DNA of 64,000 bases from the human T2T-CHM13v2.0 reference genome, Homo sapiens, in NCBI RefSeq assembly GCF_009914755.1, contig NC_060928.1; one strand, written 5' to 3'. Positions 60,018-64,000 of this stretch are shown here, piece after piece. Every line of letters starts with the position of its first letter. The stretch's first letter is position 1. Both the position numbers and the translations under genes were made by a program. A model generated the notes under the pieces. The model did not search any database, was not told the DNA's origin, and worked only from the letters and a program-made list of their open reading frames with translations.

Positions 60018-61559
60018 TGACTCATAATTCAAGAATTGCAAAAAGGCATACTGTGAAAAATCTCCCTCCTTATATCTGTCTTCCAGCTACCCAATGCCCT
60101 TCCTGGAAGCCACCAAGGTTATCTTTCCATGTGTTCTTCCTGAGACTTCTTAGGTGTTTGCCTGTTTATGAGCTATTACTATAAGTAGCAACTATACAAA
60201 TTATACCTATTATTCTAAAGAACAAAATTTGATGTAAAACTTAGAGTTGTTTCAACGATCATAATATGCTTTCAGTTATTAACAAAAATGTCAGTCTTTT
60301 TTGAATGAAAAATACCATTTGGTATCCCTTTGATTATATTTAAATGACAGTTCTTATTTTAGCTTTGTCAGTTGTTTAAGTTAGTTTTATAATAAATTTG
60401 TATTTGTATATAAATTATTCACACAGATTCCCAGTATGTTGGTTGACAGTTTTACTAGGTCATAAACTTCCACCATGTCATCTCGCGTTTCCATTGCCTT
60501 AGTAATTTGCTGCAATCACTACAGCAAACAAGAAAAACACAATTACAGGCATTTTACTTTCATATCAAATATTTATTTGCCTAGTAGGCCAATTTTGGCT
60601 TAATTTCTTAATTTTGCTATTAAGAAAATGGTAAAGGAAAGTCAGATACGTATTAATTTGAGAAGCCGTTCTTAAATACTCTTATAAGCCTAAAACTGTG
60701 CTAGGAACTGTAGAAATCACCTAATTAACTTAGAACATTTGTGGGACAAATTCTACCTAGGGACACACAATAAAAGGAGCTAGTGACATTAAAAAATTTG
60801 GCTCTATCTGAACACACACAGAGAAGATCTAATTATTTTTAAAAAATTACAGACATGAGATCACTTTCACTGCTGTACTTGGTTATAATGAGAAGTGATG
60901 TTATTAGCATTTTTCAGACTCTCTCAAATGCCAGAGGCATTGTGTAGAAAATTAGAGTAGCCATCAGTATCATGCTGTTGAATAACTGCTGTAGGATTTT
61001 ATTTAGCATACAAACCTCTGAACCATAACTACAATGCTAGCTCAGTATTTACATTTTTAAACAAAAAGACCCAAAGTGAAGGAATCTATTGCAAATCTGT
61101 AAACTCTTTTTTGCATGAAAAAATATAATTTTTAGTTGAGGCAGCTTAAAGCTCATTGATTTGTTCCTGAGGCATCTATTTTCTCTTGATGAAAGCACAG
61201 CCGAACAGGGATTCTCGTGTCAAAGAGTATGATTTATTTATGTTCTGAATCACAGCCGCTAATGCTCACATTTCTATTAAAAACTTAACATCTATGGGAG
61301 AAAGGGACAAATACTTTCAAGTTCCTCATGAGGTTGTTGATAAGATTCTGGCATTTTTAAAGTTGAGAAAACACACTGAAAAATTGTGAGAAGAGTTTGG
61401 CTACTTTAGCATAAAAGTTACTAAATGCACCTTTAAGATGTTCATATTCTTCCTTTATACTGTACTCTATTAAAATCATATGGGTAGAAGAATAGTTAAT
61501 ATGAGAAAATGTTCATGTTATTTTGTTGCCTAAAAAAGGATATTAAAAAAGAACATTTA

Positions 61560-62160
61560 ACTATATGAACCTAATTCGGTTAAAAAGATTTATATATCTT
61601 TTCATAAAAGATACAGAAAAGATATATAGGTATATATATAAAGATATATAAATTTATGTATTTATAAAAGATATATAAATATACTACATATAAAAAGTTA
61701 TATATTAAATATATTATATATAATATACATATTAAAAAGAGTATGAACTATATGAACCTAATTAGTTAAAAAGATATATTTTTTGTATATATACATATAT
61801 CTTTTATAAATATATCTTTATATATAGATATATAAATAAAGGTATGTAAATATATACTAAATATATAGAAGCTATATATAATTAAAAACATATTTAGTAT
61901 ATACATATATCTCTATAAATATATCTTTATATAAAAAGGATATATAAAGATATATAAAAGGATATAAATATGTAAATGTAAATATATAAATATATAAATA
62001 TATAGATATATATAAATATATATAAAAGGATATATAAAGATATATAAAAGGATATATAAAGATATATTTATAAAAATTATATGATCTATACACATATTGA
62101 TATATAGTACATATATATCTTTTAAACCATATTACATATACATTTACGTGTGTATATTTT
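61560..62160. repeat. AT-rich low-complexity / degenerate (TA)n-derived repeat
   Basis: atatataaag/atatataaaagg-type units over about 600 bp; probably expanded inside an L1ME remnant. Confidence 0.8.
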
Positions 62161-62221
62161 TTAATGTATGCATGGGGAAAAACTGGGAAGCTGTACATCA
62201 AAATTTTGTCAGAAGTTTGCT

Positions 62222-62360
62222 GTTTGCCTCAGTTTCTTCATTTAAAAGTTAACATAATAGGACCTACTTCATAAGGTTGTTATAAAGATTAAATAAAATA
62301 ATACTTATAATATTTATAAAATGCTTAGAACAATAGCTGGCACAAATGATAGCTATTATT
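62222..62360 (+). mobile_element. MIR
   Basis: tgcctcagtttcttcattt...acctacttcataaggttgtt...gcttagaacaatagctggcaca. Confidence 0.75.
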
Positions 62361-62804
62361 GTTGTTTTATTTTTATGTGTGTTTGATAAAACTTGTTTTC
62401 TTTTGTTTCCTTATTTTCCTAATTTTCTATAATCAACATTACTTTTGTAACTGAGTTATTTAAAAAATATATTATCTACTTCTAGGATTCTTTAGTTCCC
62501 AAGCTCTGTTATCCAAATTTTAGAAGGATAGATAGGATCCTATCATTCTCCTTTGCAGCACAAACTGATACTGCAATTAATTAATTATCTGTTTGAGGGT
62601 TGTCTTTTCCAGTAAGCTGAAAGCTCCACTCAGTGGCGCTGTGTTGTCTTCCTGATTTTTGTTTCCTTGTGCCTAATGCTTTTCCTGTTCCAAGTCAGTG
62701 CTCAATATTTGTCGAGAGAATGAAAGTTAAGTTTATGTTCAAAGCAATTAATAGTCACTTTGTATTTGTGATTTAGTTTTATGTTTTATATCTTTAAATG
62801 ATAT

Positions 62805-62885
62805 TATGCCCATTTTGTAGATGAGAAAACTGGGCAAACTCACAACAAGCAAGGGGTGGGTCAGGATTTGAACCCAGGTAGTCTT
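62805..62885 (-). mobile_element. MIR fragment
   Basis: cccattttgtagatgagaaaactg...ggatttgaacccagg. Confidence 0.7.
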
Positions 62886-63457
62886 ACTAAAGTGTACTGC
62901 CGCTTATGAGAAAAATGAGGATAAATGACCAAAGCAATACTATATAAGGAATTACATCAATAATATAGGACATATGTGAAATATTTATTGGGATTAAAAA
63001 GATGAAAGCTAAGAGAAATGAAACTGAATATGTGGCACATCTAGCATGCCTTATGGTTGGGTTTGTGTGTGTACACATATCAAATGCTTTTCTTATAATT
63101 TCGCAAATAAGTAAGTTTTATTTGTATCGACTTTAGTCTTATATTTATTTCCTTATCTTTTTGTATTCCTTTTTCTTCATAAAATATATTAAGAAAAAAA
63201 ATTCCTCTATAAATTAGTCCTAACAATATCTTTTTTAGAGGGAGGGGAGCTTTTAAACTAACTGCAATCTAAAGTATTATCAACATGAAGAAGTGCTAAA
63301 TGGAACTTAGTTTTACTTGCCCAACATATAAATGATTAAACTTGGTAACCATCAATCGCTTGCTTCTTCTCTGAATATGAAAGCTGTGGTGAACAAGGTC
63401 TTGCTTCCACTCTCACTCCATTTTTGCAGCCCTTAATCTTTCTTTTTCTTTCTCCAG

Positions 63458-63494
63458 ACTTTTGTGAACAGGGGCGTGGCAGAGTCTAAATATG
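63458..63494 (+). other. Candidate 37-nt exon
   Basis: ccttaAt branch-like motif, tract ctttctttttctttctccag, donor ATG|gtaatg. Confidence 0.25.
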
Positions 63495-64000
63495 GTAATG
63501 AACCTCTCACTCTGAAAACAGATTTAAGCAATGAGATGGGGCTTCAACAGTTAGCTAATTCTTCTTATCCTACATCATAGATGCTAATGTCTCAAATGTA
63601 AAACTTGAAAGGCAAGTGTATTCTCTGTGAGAACTCTCTTGTAATAAACTGTAAGTTCTTTTGCTTCTTTCTTTCCTCCTTTCTACCCTCCCTCCCTGCC
63701 TCTCTCCATCCCTTCTTTCTACTGCTTGCAAATATGGGCAGTGTCAATAAACAATTTACTCTGAAGATTGAACAATTGCTGAAAAAAATTAGAGTGGTTG
63801 GAGAATCAGATTCCTGTTACTGATCTCTTTGCTGTTAATTTTCTCTGTGGCTGTTGTGTGATAGCGGAGGAAGCCTTGACTGTAAGTCATAAGGTCTGGA
63901 TTTCAGTCCTAAACTCAATTTCTGTATGGTTCTGTCTCCTTACCTTTAAAACAGTCGCATTAGAAATCTAAGGATCTGTTTAGCTCTAACGCTTCTAATT

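Noticed and set aside
61872-62201. Tyr/Ile-rich ORFs
   Set aside because: Artefact of TA-rich low-complexity sequence.
62625-62641. CCACTCAGTGGCGCTG as a CTCF site
   Set aside because: Core AG positions are mismatched, and it lies in a probable L2 remnant.

Overview
Mammalian DNA, almost certainly human or another simian primate: it carries AluJ/S/Y, FLAM/FAM, THE1 and MADE1 elements. It is AT-rich and looks intronic or intergenic. There is no complete protein-coding gene, and the supplied ORFs are Alu-derived, pseudogene-derived or chance. The only gene-derived segment I recognise is a processed HNRNPA1 pseudogene (1884-2550, minus strand) with a 15-bp TSD and a large internal deletion. The rest is about 30 Alu-family elements, MIR/L2/L3/L1M relics, DNA-transposon fossils (MER47A, MER58B, MER94, MER5, MADE1), two solo MaLR LTRs and a few tandem repeats, separated by repeat-poor, enhancer-like stretches. 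The most notable signal is a strong 3' splice site whose AG is directly followed by a consensus donor (ttttag|GTAAGT, 24805/24806). It opens a 60-nt exon-like segment, the architecture of a recursive-splicing (RS) site/RS-exon, and suggests the window lies in a long plus-strand intron. The host gene could not be identified. Repeat subfamily calls are by eye from remembered consensus features, and boundaries of old repeats are approximate.
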